From Candidatus Krumholzibacteriia bacterium (GTDB taxonomy: Bacteria > Krumholzibacteriota > Krumholzibacteriia > JAJRXK01), in the NCBI GenBank assembly GCA_041484665.1, contig JBGPIA010000005.1, forward strand, positions 64,001 to 128,000: a DNA stretch of 64,000 nucleotides, given 5' to 3'. The position numbers and the translations under genes were made by a program. The notes beneath the pieces are model-generated. The model saw nothing but the letters and a program-made list of their open reading frames with translations, made no database searches and was not told where the DNA came from. Position 1 is the first letter of the stretch, and the number at the start of each line of letters is the position of its first letter. This document shows, piece by piece, positions 34,041 to 41,998 of the stretch.

Positions 34041-34122
34041 TCGCACCCGCCGGGAGCGGGACCCCTCAGGTGCGCCCAGGGCGTCGGGGACCGCAGCGAT
34101 CGGCGGGGAGGAGCAACCTGAA
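34041..34122 (+). promoter_or_regulatory. rpsB (S2) autoregulatory leader, t44-like
   Basis: Long stem cccgccg/cggcggg enclosing GGTGC, followed by GGAGG...AACC, matching the layout of known rpsB leaders. Confidence 0.65.
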
Positions 34123-34178
34123 CGGGACGCGCGGGCGCTGCAGGGCGGCCGCGGCCCCAACGCACGAGGTGCCAGTCC

Positions 34179-34961
34179 ATGGCGAGCAACGTCACCCTCA
34201 AGGATCTGCTGGAGTCCGGCGCACACTTCGGTCACCAGACGCGCAAGTGGAACCCGCGCATGAAGGAGTACATCTTCATCGCGCGCGGGGGCATCCACAT
34301 CATCGACCTGCAGAAGACCCTCAAGTCCATCGAAGTCGCCTACGACTTCCTGCGCAGCGTCGCCGCGTCGGGGCGCAAGGTGCTGTTCGTGGCCACCAAG
34401 AAGCAGGCGCGCTTGCCGGTGCAGGAGGCTGCCACCGCCGTGGGCATGCCCTACGTCACGGAGCGCTGGCTGGGCGGGATGCTCACCAACTTCCAGACGA
34501 TCAGCAAGAGCATCCAGAAGCTCGATGACATCGAGAAGCTCCTGGCCGGCCCGGGCGCCGAGGTGCTGCCCAAGAAGGAGGCCATCTCCCAGGGGCGCGC
34601 CGCGGAGAAGCTGCGCAAGAACCTGGGCGGTATCCGCGAGATGGAGCGGCTGCCGGGGGCGCTGTTCGTGATCGATACCACCGAAGAGCTGATCGCCGTC
34701 AAGGAGGCGAACAAGCTCCACATCCCGGTGGTCGGTGTGGTCGACACCAACGCCGATCCCTTCGCGATCGACTACCCGATCCCGGGCAACGACGACGCGA
34801 TCCGCTCGATCCTGCTCTTCGTGAAGGTGGCCAAGGACGCCATCAGCGACGGGCTCTCGACGCGTTCGGAAGGTGCTGCCGAGGTGGAGATGGTCAGCCC
34901 CGAGCGCCGCACGATCGCATCCGTCGAGGCCGTCGCGGCCGCCCCAGCGGCCGAGGCCTGA
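34179..34961 (+). CDS. rpsB: 30S ribosomal protein S2
   Basis: LLESGAHFGHQTRKWNP, RWLGGMLTN, IPGNDDAIRS. Confidence 0.99.
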   Translation: MASNVTLKDLLESGAHFGHQTRKWNPRMKEYIFIARGGIHIIDLQKTLKSIEVAYDFLRSVAASGRKVLFVATKKQARLPVQEAATAVGMPYVTERWLGGMLTNFQTISKSIQKLDDIEKLLAGPGAEVLPKKEAISQGRAAEKLRKNLGGIREMERLPGALFVIDTTEELIAVKEANKLHIPVVGVVDTNADPFAIDYPIPGNDDAIRSILLFVKVAKDAISDGLSTRSEGAAEVEMVSPERRTIASVEAVAAAPAAEA

Positions 34962-34987
34962 CCCATCCGCGAAAGGTCCGCATCGTC

Positions 34988-35581
34988 ATGAACATCAGCG
35001 CGCAGCAGGTGGCGGAGCTCCGGGAGAAGACCGGAGTCGGCATGATGGATTGCAAGAAGGCGCTCCTGGAGACCGGCGGAGACGTCGAAAAGGCGATCGA
35101 TTACTTGCGCACGCAGGGGTTCGCCAAGGCCGCCAAGCGGGCCGGGCGGGCCACCAGCCAGGGGCTGGTAGAGGCGTACATCCATCCCGGCGCCCAGGTG
35201 GGCGTGTTGGTGGAGCTGGACTGCGAGACCGACTTCGTGGCGCGCAACGACGAATTCAAGACGCTGGCCCGCGACATCGCCTTGCATGTGGCCGCGAGCA
35301 ACCCGCTGGCGATCAGCGGGGACGAGCTCGATCCGACCGTGCTGGAGAAGGAGCGCGAGATCTACCGCGCGCAGACGCTGGCCGAGGGCAAGCCAGAGAG
35401 CATGGTGGACAAGATCGTCGAGGGGCGGCTTCAGAAGTACAAGAAAGAGGTCGCGCTGCTCGACCAGCCCTTCGTAAAGAACCCCAACGAGACGGTGGGC
35501 GACCTCGTCAAGAGCAAGATCGCCACCTTCGGTGAGAACATCACCGTCCGGCGCATCGCGCGCTTCCAGATCGGCGCCTGA
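34988..35581 (+). CDS. tsf: Elongation factor Ts (short form)
   Basis: LREKTGVGMMDCKKAL, ELDCETDFVA, LLDQPFVK. Confidence 0.97.
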   Translation: MNISAQQVAELREKTGVGMMDCKKALLETGGDVEKAIDYLRTQGFAKAAKRAGRATSQGLVEAYIHPGAQVGVLVELDCETDFVARNDEFKTLARDIALHVAASNPLAISGDELDPTVLEKEREIYRAQTLAEGKPESMVDKIVEGRLQKYKKEVALLDQPFVKNPNETVGDLVKSKIATFGENITVRRIARFQIGA

Positions 35582-35619
35582 CGGCAGCAGGGGCTCGCAG
35601 CCCGGCCTGCGCGTTGCAA

Positions 35620-36342
35620 ATGGCGGCCTTTTCCCGGATACTACTCAAGCTGAGCGGAGAAGTCCTCCGCTCGGGCGAGGAGTGCTTCGCGCCGCTGCGC
35701 CTGGCGGCCGTCGCGCAGGCGCTGGTCAGCACCGTGCGGACCGGCGTGCAGACGGCCGTTGTCGTCGGCGGCGGGAACATCTTCCGCGGACGAAACACGG
35801 CCCCCGATCAGACCCGCACCGAGGCCGACCATATCGGGATGCTCGCGACCATCCTCAATGCCGGGATGCTGAGATTCCACATCGAAGCGGCCGGAGCGCG
35901 CTGCCGCGTGTTCGCGCCGCGCGCCGTCCCACCCCTCGCGGAGGCGTTCGACCGCCGGGCCGCCCTGGCGGCGCTCGCAGCCGGGGACGTGGTGCTGCTG
36001 GGCGGCGGGACGGGCAACCCGTGCTTTTCGACCGACTCCGCCGCGGCGCTGCGCGCCGTGGAGCTGGCGGCCGACGCCGTGCTCAAGGGGACGCTGGTCG
36101 ACGGCGTCTACGACAAGGACCCCAACCGCCACGCGGACGCCCGCCGCTTCGACTCCTTGACCTTCGACGAGGTGCTGCGGCGCGACCTGAAGGTCATGGA
36201 CCAGACCGCGGTGGCGCTCTGCCGGGAGTATGGGATGAAGGTGGTGGTCTTCGACATCACCGATCCGCTCAATCTGGTGCGCGTGGTGACGGGGTCGCTG
36301 CAGGGGAGCGTGATCCACAGCGGGCGCGCCGCGGCGCACTGA
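35620..36342 (+). CDS. pyrH: Uridylate kinase
   Basis: LLKLSGE, VGGGNIFRG, GTGNPCFSTDSAAALRA, VDGVYDKDP. Confidence 0.96.
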   Translation: MAAFSRILLKLSGEVLRSGEECFAPLRLAAVAQALVSTVRTGVQTAVVVGGGNIFRGRNTAPDQTRTEADHIGMLATILNAGMLRFHIEAAGARCRVFAPRAVPPLAEAFDRRAALAALAAGDVVLLGGGTGNPCFSTDSAAALRAVELAADAVLKGTLVDGVYDKDPNRHADARRFDSLTFDEVLRRDLKVMDQTAVALCREYGMKVVVFDITDPLNLVRVVTGSLQGSVIHSGRAAAH

Positions 36343-36376
36343 CGGCCGTGAGTCCGCGCTGACAAGGGGAGGGCGC

Positions 36377-36934
36377 ATGCTGGAGAGCGTCTACAAAGAT
36401 ACCGAGAAGAAGATGACGACGGCGGTCGAGGCCCTCAAGCGCGAGTTGGGCGTGATCCGCACCGGGAAGGCCTCGCCCCACCTCCTCGACCACATCGCCG
36501 TGGAGGCATACGGGACGCGGATGCCGCTCAACCAGCTGGCGACGCTGAGTGCTCCCGAGCCGCGACTGCTCACGGTCCAACCGTTCGATCGCACGCAGAT
36601 GGCCGCCATCGAGAAGGCGATCCGGGCGAGCGAGCTGGGCGTCAATCCCACCAACGACGGCACCCTCATCCGCATCCCGATCCCGCCGCTCAACGAGGAG
36701 CGCCGCCGTGAGTTCGTCAAGCTCGCTCGCAAGCACGGCGAGGAGGCCAAGGTGGCTGTCCGGGCGGTGCGCCGGGACATGAACGAGCGGCTCAAGAAGG
36801 GGAAGGACGCTGGGGACGTGCCCGAGGACGACGTGCACCGGGGCCAGGAGAAGATCCAGAAGATCACCGACGAGTTCGTGGTGCAGGTCGACAAGATCCT
36901 CGCCGCCAAGGAGAAGGAGATCATGGAGGTCTGA
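36377..36934 (+). CDS. frr: Ribosome recycling factor
   Basis: IRTGKASP, NPTNDG, IPPLNEERR, KEKEIMEV. Confidence 0.98.
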   Translation: MLESVYKDTEKKMTTAVEALKRELGVIRTGKASPHLLDHIAVEAYGTRMPLNQLATLSAPEPRLLTVQPFDRTQMAAIEKAIRASELGVNPTNDGTLIRIPIPPLNEERRREFVKLARKHGEEAKVAVRAVRRDMNERLKKGKDAGDVPEDDVHRGQEKIQKITDEFVVQVDKILAAKEKEIMEV

Positions 36935-36962
36935 CGCCTCGAGCGTCGCCCAGGGGCCCGCC

Positions 36963-37712
36963 ATGTCCACCCGTCTGGAAGACCAGCAGCTCACCGAGCA
37001 GATCCGCCAACGGGGGAATCTCCCGCGCCACATCGCCGTCATCATGGACGGCAACGGGCGCTGGGCGCGCAAGCGGGGCCTGCCCCGCATCGCCGGTCAC
37101 CGCGCTGGCCGCCACGCCGTGCGCGAGACCGTGCGTACCTGCGCGCAGCTGGGCGTGGAGGCGCTCACGCTCTACACCTTTAGCCGCGAGAACTGGAAGC
37201 GCCCCAGCTACGAGGTGCGAGCGCTCTGGGCGTTCCTGGAGGAAGTGCTGCGCACCGAGTTCCTGGAGCTTTGCGACAACAACATCCGACTGATCGCCAC
37301 CGGTGAGATGACCGCGTTGCCCAAGAGCACGCTCTCTGTCCTGCGCGACGCGCAGACCCGGCTGGGCGCCAACAACGGCATGATCCTCAATCTGGCGCTG
37401 AGCTACGGGGGCCGCTTCGAGATCGTCACCGCCGCGCGGCGCTTCGCCCAGGACGTGCTCGCGGGCAAGATCGCCCCCGACGAGCTCACCGAGGCGCGCT
37501 TCCAGGGCTACCTGCACGCGCCGGAGCTGCTGGATCCAGATCTGCTGATCCGCACAAGCGGAGAGATGCGCCTGAGCAACTTCCTGCTGTGGCAGTTGGC
37601 CTACGCCGAGCTGTACGTCACCGACGTGCTGTGGCCCGACTTCCGCAAGCGCCACCTGCTGGAGGCGATCGCATCCTACCAGCAGCGCAAACGGCGCTTC
37701 GGCGGGCTGTAG
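36963..37712 (+). CDS. uppS: Isoprenyl transferase (undecaprenyl diphosphate synthase)
   Basis: HIAVIMDGNGRWA, FSRENWKRP, IRTSGEMRLSNFLLWQ. Confidence 0.97.
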   Translation: MSTRLEDQQLTEQIRQRGNLPRHIAVIMDGNGRWARKRGLPRIAGHRAGRHAVRETVRTCAQLGVEALTLYTFSRENWKRPSYEVRALWAFLEEVLRTEFLELCDNNIRLIATGEMTALPKSTLSVLRDAQTRLGANNGMILNLALSYGGRFEIVTAARRFAQDVLAGKIAPDELTEARFQGYLHAPELLDPDLLIRTSGEMRLSNFLLWQLAYAELYVTDVLWPDFRKRHLLEAIASYQQRKRRFGGL

Positions 37713-37715
37713 GCC

Positions 37716-38603
37716 GTGGCCACAGCGCAGCCCGTTTCACAGGCGGCAGCGGCCGCGGAGGGACCCTTGGCGTCTGCCGATCCCTCGCTACCCGCCCGCG
37801 TGCTGGCCGCGGCCGTGTTCCTGCCCTGCCTGTTCCTGATCACGCGTCGCGGCGATCTCCCGTTCCTGTTCTTGGTGACGCTGATCGTGCTGACGGGGAT
37901 GCTGGAGTTCTACAGCCTGATGGACGCGAAGGGGTTCCGGCCGGCGCGCTGGCTGGGCCTCGCTTGCGGGCTGGCGCTGGTGTGGTACGCCTACTTCCGC
38001 GCCGGCCACTATGCGAACCTCCTGCTCGCGATTGCGCTCCTCGCGCTCATGACCCTTGAGCTCGCGCGCCGTACGACCGAGCAGGCGGTGCTGCGCATCA
38101 GCACCACCATCTTCGGCGTGCTGTACGTCGGCTGGCTGGGCAGTCACTTCGTGCTGCTGCGCGAGCTGCCACGCCTGGCCGGGCTGGACTACGCGCTGGG
38201 GGCGCGCTTCGTGTTCCTGGCCATCGCGCTCACCTGGAGCTGCGACACGGGCGCCTATTTCGTGGGGCGGGCGATCGGGCGCCATCCGCTCATCCCGCGC
38301 GTCAGCCCGCGCAAGACGGTGGAGGGAGCGGCTGGGGGCGTGGTGTTCGCGGTGGTGGCCGGGGTGATCGCGCAGCGCACGTTCGCCGGCTACCTGCAGC
38401 TGTCCACGGCCGTGGGCCTGGCGCTCGTGACGGCGGTGGCGGGGACCATGGGCGACCTCGTGGAGTCGCTCCTGAAGCGCGACAGCAACGTGAAGGACAG
38501 TGCCCGCCTCATTCCGGGCCACGGCGGCACGCTCGACCGCTTCGACAGTCTTTTCTTCTCCATCCCCCTCATCTACTATTTCCACAAGTTCTTCGTCATC
38601 TGA
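37716..38603 (+). CDS. cdsA: Phosphatidate cytidylyltransferase
   Basis: DTGAYFVG, SPRKTVEG, GDLVESLLKR, KDSARLIPGHGGTLDRFDS. Confidence 0.96.
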   Translation: MATAQPVSQAAAAAEGPLASADPSLPARVLAAAVFLPCLFLITRRGDLPFLFLVTLIVLTGMLEFYSLMDAKGFRPARWLGLACGLALVWYAYFRAGHYANLLLAIALLALMTLELARRTTEQAVLRISTTIFGVLYVGWLGSHFVLLRELPRLAGLDYALGARFVFLAIALTWSCDTGAYFVGRAIGRHPLIPRVSPRKTVEGAAGGVVFAVVAGVIAQRTFAGYLQLSTAVGLALVTAVAGTMGDLVESLLKRDSNVKDSARLIPGHGGTLDRFDSLFFSIPLIYYFHKFFVI

Positions 38604-38644
38604 TCGTCGTGCGGCCCACGGCTGATCATCGTGCGGCCCACGGC
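38601..38644. repeat. 22-bp tandem duplication starting at the cdsA stop codon
   Basis: tgatcgtcgtgcggcccacggc / tgatcatcgtgcggcccacggc (1 mismatch). Confidence 0.85.
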
Positions 38645-38739
38645 GCCGGACGCACCGCACGGGGAGCACGCGACCTCCTTCGGCGCTCGGGCGCGATGGC
38701 GCCGGGGCGCATCGTTCCCCAGCCTGGACGACACCGCCG

Positions 38740-39927
38740 ATGACGAGCGCTCAGACCACCTCTCCCAAGCCTCTGCTGCTGCTGGGTGCCACCGGTTCCA
38801 TCGGCCAAAGCACGCTCGATCTGGTCTCACGGTTGCCCGGGCGCTTCCGGGTGGCGGGCGCTTCGGCGCAGCGCCGGGCCCACGAGCTCGTGCAGCTCGC
38901 CCGCGCCTTCGAGATCCCGCGTCTGTGCGTCGTCGACGGGGCCGCGCGCGCCGAGCTCGTGCGGGAGGCCCCTGATCTGGCCCCGCGCCTGACGGCCGCG
39001 GGAGCGGGGGGACTGCTGGAGCTCGTTGCCGCGTGCCCGGGCGCCACGGTCGTCAACGGCCTGGTCGGCGCGGCCGGCCTGGCCCCCACCGTCGCGGCCC
39101 TGCGCGCCGGGATGGACGTGGCGCTGGCCAACAAGGAGGCGCTGGTGGTCGGGGGCCCGCTGCTGCTGGAGGCGGCGCGGCAGGGCCAGAGCCGGCTCTG
39201 GCCCGTCGACAGCGAGCATTCGGCCATCGCCCAGTGCCTGCGCGGGAACCCGCTCCAGGAGGTGTTCGCCCTCTGGCTGACCGCGTCCGGCGGCCCATTC
39301 CGTGACCGGGACCCGCGCACGCTGGGGCAGGTCAGCGTGGCCGAAGTCCTTGCCCACCCCACCTGGCAAATGGGCCCCAAGATCACCGTCGACTCGGCGA
39401 CCATGATGAACAAAGGGCTCGAAGTGCTCGAGGCCCACCTGCTGTTCGGCATCGACCTTGCACACATCCACGTGGTGATCCATCGCCAGTCGATCATCCA
39501 CAGCATGGTGGAATTCGTGGATGGCGCCGTGCTGGCGCAGCTGGGCGCGCCCGACATGCGGATTCCGATCCTCTACGCCCTCGAGGAGGGCGCGCACCGG
39601 GAGGCGGACCTGCAGCGTTACAACCCGGTCTCGGGCGGGCCGCTCACCTTCGAGGAGCCCGACCCGGCGCGCTACCCCTGCCTGGCTCTGGCCCGGCGGG
39701 CGGCGGCCGCAGGCGGTGGGGCACCCGTCGTGCTCAACGCCGCCAACGAGGAGGCGGTGGCAGGTGTGCTCCGGGAGGAGCTATCTTTCGCGGAGATCCC
39801 ACGCGTGATCGAGTGGGCTCTGGGCGCGATCGCGCCCGGCCGCATCGCGTCGGTGGAGGACGCGCTGCAGCTCGACGCCCACGTCCGCGCCCGCGCGCGG
39901 GAGTGGGTCCTGGCCAGGGCGCGCTGA
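38740..39927 (+). CDS. dxr: 1-deoxy-D-xylulose-5-phosphate reductoisomerase
   Basis: LGATGSIG, LANKE, PVDSEHSAI, TASGGPFR, HPTWQMGPKITVDSATMMNKGLE. Confidence 0.97.
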   Translation: MTSAQTTSPKPLLLLGATGSIGQSTLDLVSRLPGRFRVAGASAQRRAHELVQLARAFEIPRLCVVDGAARAELVREAPDLAPRLTAAGAGGLLELVAACPGATVVNGLVGAAGLAPTVAALRAGMDVALANKEALVVGGPLLLEAARQGQSRLWPVDSEHSAIAQCLRGNPLQEVFALWLTASGGPFRDRDPRTLGQVSVAEVLAHPTWQMGPKITVDSATMMNKGLEVLEAHLLFGIDLAHIHVVIHRQSIIHSMVEFVDGAVLAQLGAPDMRIPILYALEEGAHREADLQRYNPVSGGPLTFEEPDPARYPCLALARRAAAAGGGAPVVLNAANEEAVAGVLREELSFAEIPRVIEWALGAIAPGRIASVEDALQLDAHVRARAREWVLARAR

Positions 39928-40014
39928 GCCCCGGTCGCAACGTCCACGCGGATACGCCCGCCGGCGGTCGCACCTGCCGGCGCTTCGAGCCTGCGCCAGA
40001 CCCCAGGAGCCTCC

Positions 40015-41397
40015 ATGGAGCTCGCAACCATTCTGCTCGCGTTCGTGTTCGTGTTGGGCGTCGTGATCGTCGTCCACGAGTCGGGCCACTTCATGGTGGC
40101 GAAGGCCGTGGGCGTCTACGTCAAGACGTTCTCCATCGGGTTCGGGCCCAAGCTCCTGCGGCGGCGCTTCGGCGAGACCGAGTACGCCCTGTCCGCCGTT
40201 CCGTTCGGTGGCTACGTGAAGATGGCCGGCGAGGGAGTGATGGAGCAAATCCAGGACGCCGGCACCGGTGAGACGTCCCACGACGGCAGCGTGATCCCCG
40301 AGCACCGCTTCTTCTCCAGCAAGACCACCTTCCAGCGCCTGGCCATCGTCACGGCCGGCCCGACCATGAACTTGGTGCTCGCCCTGCTGGTGGTGATCGC
40401 CCTGGTCTGGGCCGAGGGCCTGCAGATCACGCCCATCACGACCATCGGCACCGTTGAGGAGAATACGCCGGCGGCGCAGGCGGGTCTGCAGCCGGGCGAC
40501 CGCATCGTCAGCGTGGCGGGCGAGCCGTCGCAGTCGTGGGAGGAGATGCTGATCCGTCTCACCGACGAGGCCGCCGCCCGGCGAACGCCGGTTCCGCTGG
40601 TCTACGAGCGCGCCGGGGAGCAGCACAGCACGGCACTGACGCCCGTGCGCGACAAGGACAGCCGCGACCTGTGGGTCATCGGGATGCGCTACCGCCCCGA
40701 TACGCGCGTGGGCAAGGTGAAGAAGGGCGGGCCCGCCGACCTGGCCGGCTTGCGGCAAGGCGACGTGATCGTCGAGGTGAACGGGCAGCCGGTCAGCGAC
40801 TTCGACGCGATCGCCCAGGTGATCCACAACAGCATCGGGCAGCCCGTGCAGCTCATCTGGGAGCGTGGCGGCCAGCGCAAGAGTGCGAGCGTCGTTCCCC
40901 AGAAGGCGCAAGTACCCGTCGACTACGACAACGTGGAGACCTTCGGGCGGATCTTCTTCGAGCAGTACCGCGAGAACCGCAAGGTCGGCCTCGCGCAGGC
41001 GGTCAAGGAGGGCACGCTGCGCACCTGGGCGATGATCGATGGCACGGTCAGCTACCTGGGCAGCCGCATCCACCAGCTGATCAAGACCGGCCGCACCTCG
41101 GCGGATGCGGTGAGCGGCCCGATCGGCATCGCGCGCATGGCCGGTGAGATGGCGATGTGGGGTTTCGACCGGCTGTTGTGGTTCCTGGCGATCCTGAGCG
41201 TCAACCTGTTCCTGCTGAACCTGCTCCCCATCCCGGTGCTGGATGGCGGTCACGCCATGTTCATCGTCTACGAGATCTTCTCGCGCCGGCGAGTGAACCA
41301 GCGGGTGCAACTCATCGCGACCCAGGTGGGCTTCGTGTTGCTGCTGCTGTTCATGGTCTTCGTCATCGCCCGCGACGTCATCCACCTCGCCAGCTGA
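40015..41397 (+). CDS. rseP: RIP metalloprotease RseP (two PDZ domains)
   Basis: HESGH, FSIGFGP, GGYVKMAGE, AGPTMN, NLLPIPVLDGG. Confidence 0.96.
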   Translation: MELATILLAFVFVLGVVIVVHESGHFMVAKAVGVYVKTFSIGFGPKLLRRRFGETEYALSAVPFGGYVKMAGEGVMEQIQDAGTGETSHDGSVIPEHRFFSSKTTFQRLAIVTAGPTMNLVLALLVVIALVWAEGLQITPITTIGTVEENTPAAQAGLQPGDRIVSVAGEPSQSWEEMLIRLTDEAAARRTPVPLVYERAGEQHSTALTPVRDKDSRDLWVIGMRYRPDTRVGKVKKGGPADLAGLRQGDVIVEVNGQPVSDFDAIAQVIHNSIGQPVQLIWERGGQRKSASVVPQKAQVPVDYDNVETFGRIFFEQYRENRKVGLAQAVKEGTLRTWAMIDGTVSYLGSRIHQLIKTGRTSADAVSGPIGIARMAGEMAMWGFDRLLWFLAILSVNLFLLNLLPIPVLDGGHAMFIVYEIFSRRRVNQRVQLIATQVGFVLLLLFMVFVIARDVIHLAS

Positions 41398-41466
41398 GCG
41401 ACCCACTTCGCCCTCTGAGCGATCCGCCTCACCCGTCGAGCGGTCCAGCTCGCCCGCGCAGCGATG
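41383..41466. repeat. Four degenerate 21-bp tandem units spanning the rseP stop codon
   Basis: cacctcgccagctgagcgacc / cacttcgccctctgagcgatc / cgcctcacccgtcgagcggtc / cagctcgcccgcgcagcgatg. Confidence 0.75.
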
Positions 41467-41512
41467 CGGGCGGCCGCCCGCCACAGGCCCAAGGCCTTGC
41501 GACGCCCACCGC

Positions 41513-41893
41513 CTACCCGCCGGGCGGACCGGCGCGCACCCGCGCGGGTCCCACCGGCGCGGGGAACAAGGTCTCGCGCATGGCCTCCAGACTGTCGTGA
41601 ACCGCCTGGATCACCAGGCGCCCCCGTTCGGGCTCGCGCCACAGCCGCGCCAGGCGCCCATCGAGCTGCTGGCGCAGAGCAACCGTGTCCAGCGCGGCCG
41701 CGCTCGGCACGGCTGTGGCGCTATCGGCGGCCCCATCAGCCCCGGCAGGGCCCAGACGGGCGCGCACGCCATCGACCAGCTCGCGCACCAGCCGCTCCTC
41801 GTCGCGGCTGGGGCGCGCGGGTCCGCGGCCACGACTGCAAGCGGCCGCCACGGTGCACAGGAGGAGCAGAAGCGTTATTGCCGTTCTCATCAT
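41513..41893 (-). CDS. Putative small lipoprotein (C-terminus reminiscent of DUF4296)
   Basis: MMRTAITLLLLLCTVAAAC signal II/lipobox-like start; GGAAGA upstream; fills the gap between rseP and the Omp85 gene. Confidence 0.65.
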   Translation of the reverse strand: MMRTAITLLLLLCTVAAACSRGRGPARPSRDEERLVRELVDGVRARLGPAGADGAADSATAVPSAAALDTVALRQQLDGRLARLWREPERGRLVIQAVHDSLEAMRETLFPAPVGPARVRAGPPGG

Positions 41894-41998
41894 TTGCCAG
41901 TTGTCTTCCAGGCGTCCGCGCACCTATACATGCCGGGGCACCGGCGCCCCCCACGGCCCGCCCCGTCGGGAGCGCCGGGCATCGACTCCAGGATCCGC

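Noticed and set aside
41597..41998. N-terminal 134-aa extension of the TamA-like ORF (also the 48268-48609 extension of the second Omp85)
   Set aside because: Signal peptides begin at 41999 and 48610; the extensions overlap an antisense lipoprotein gene and a non-coding palindrome.
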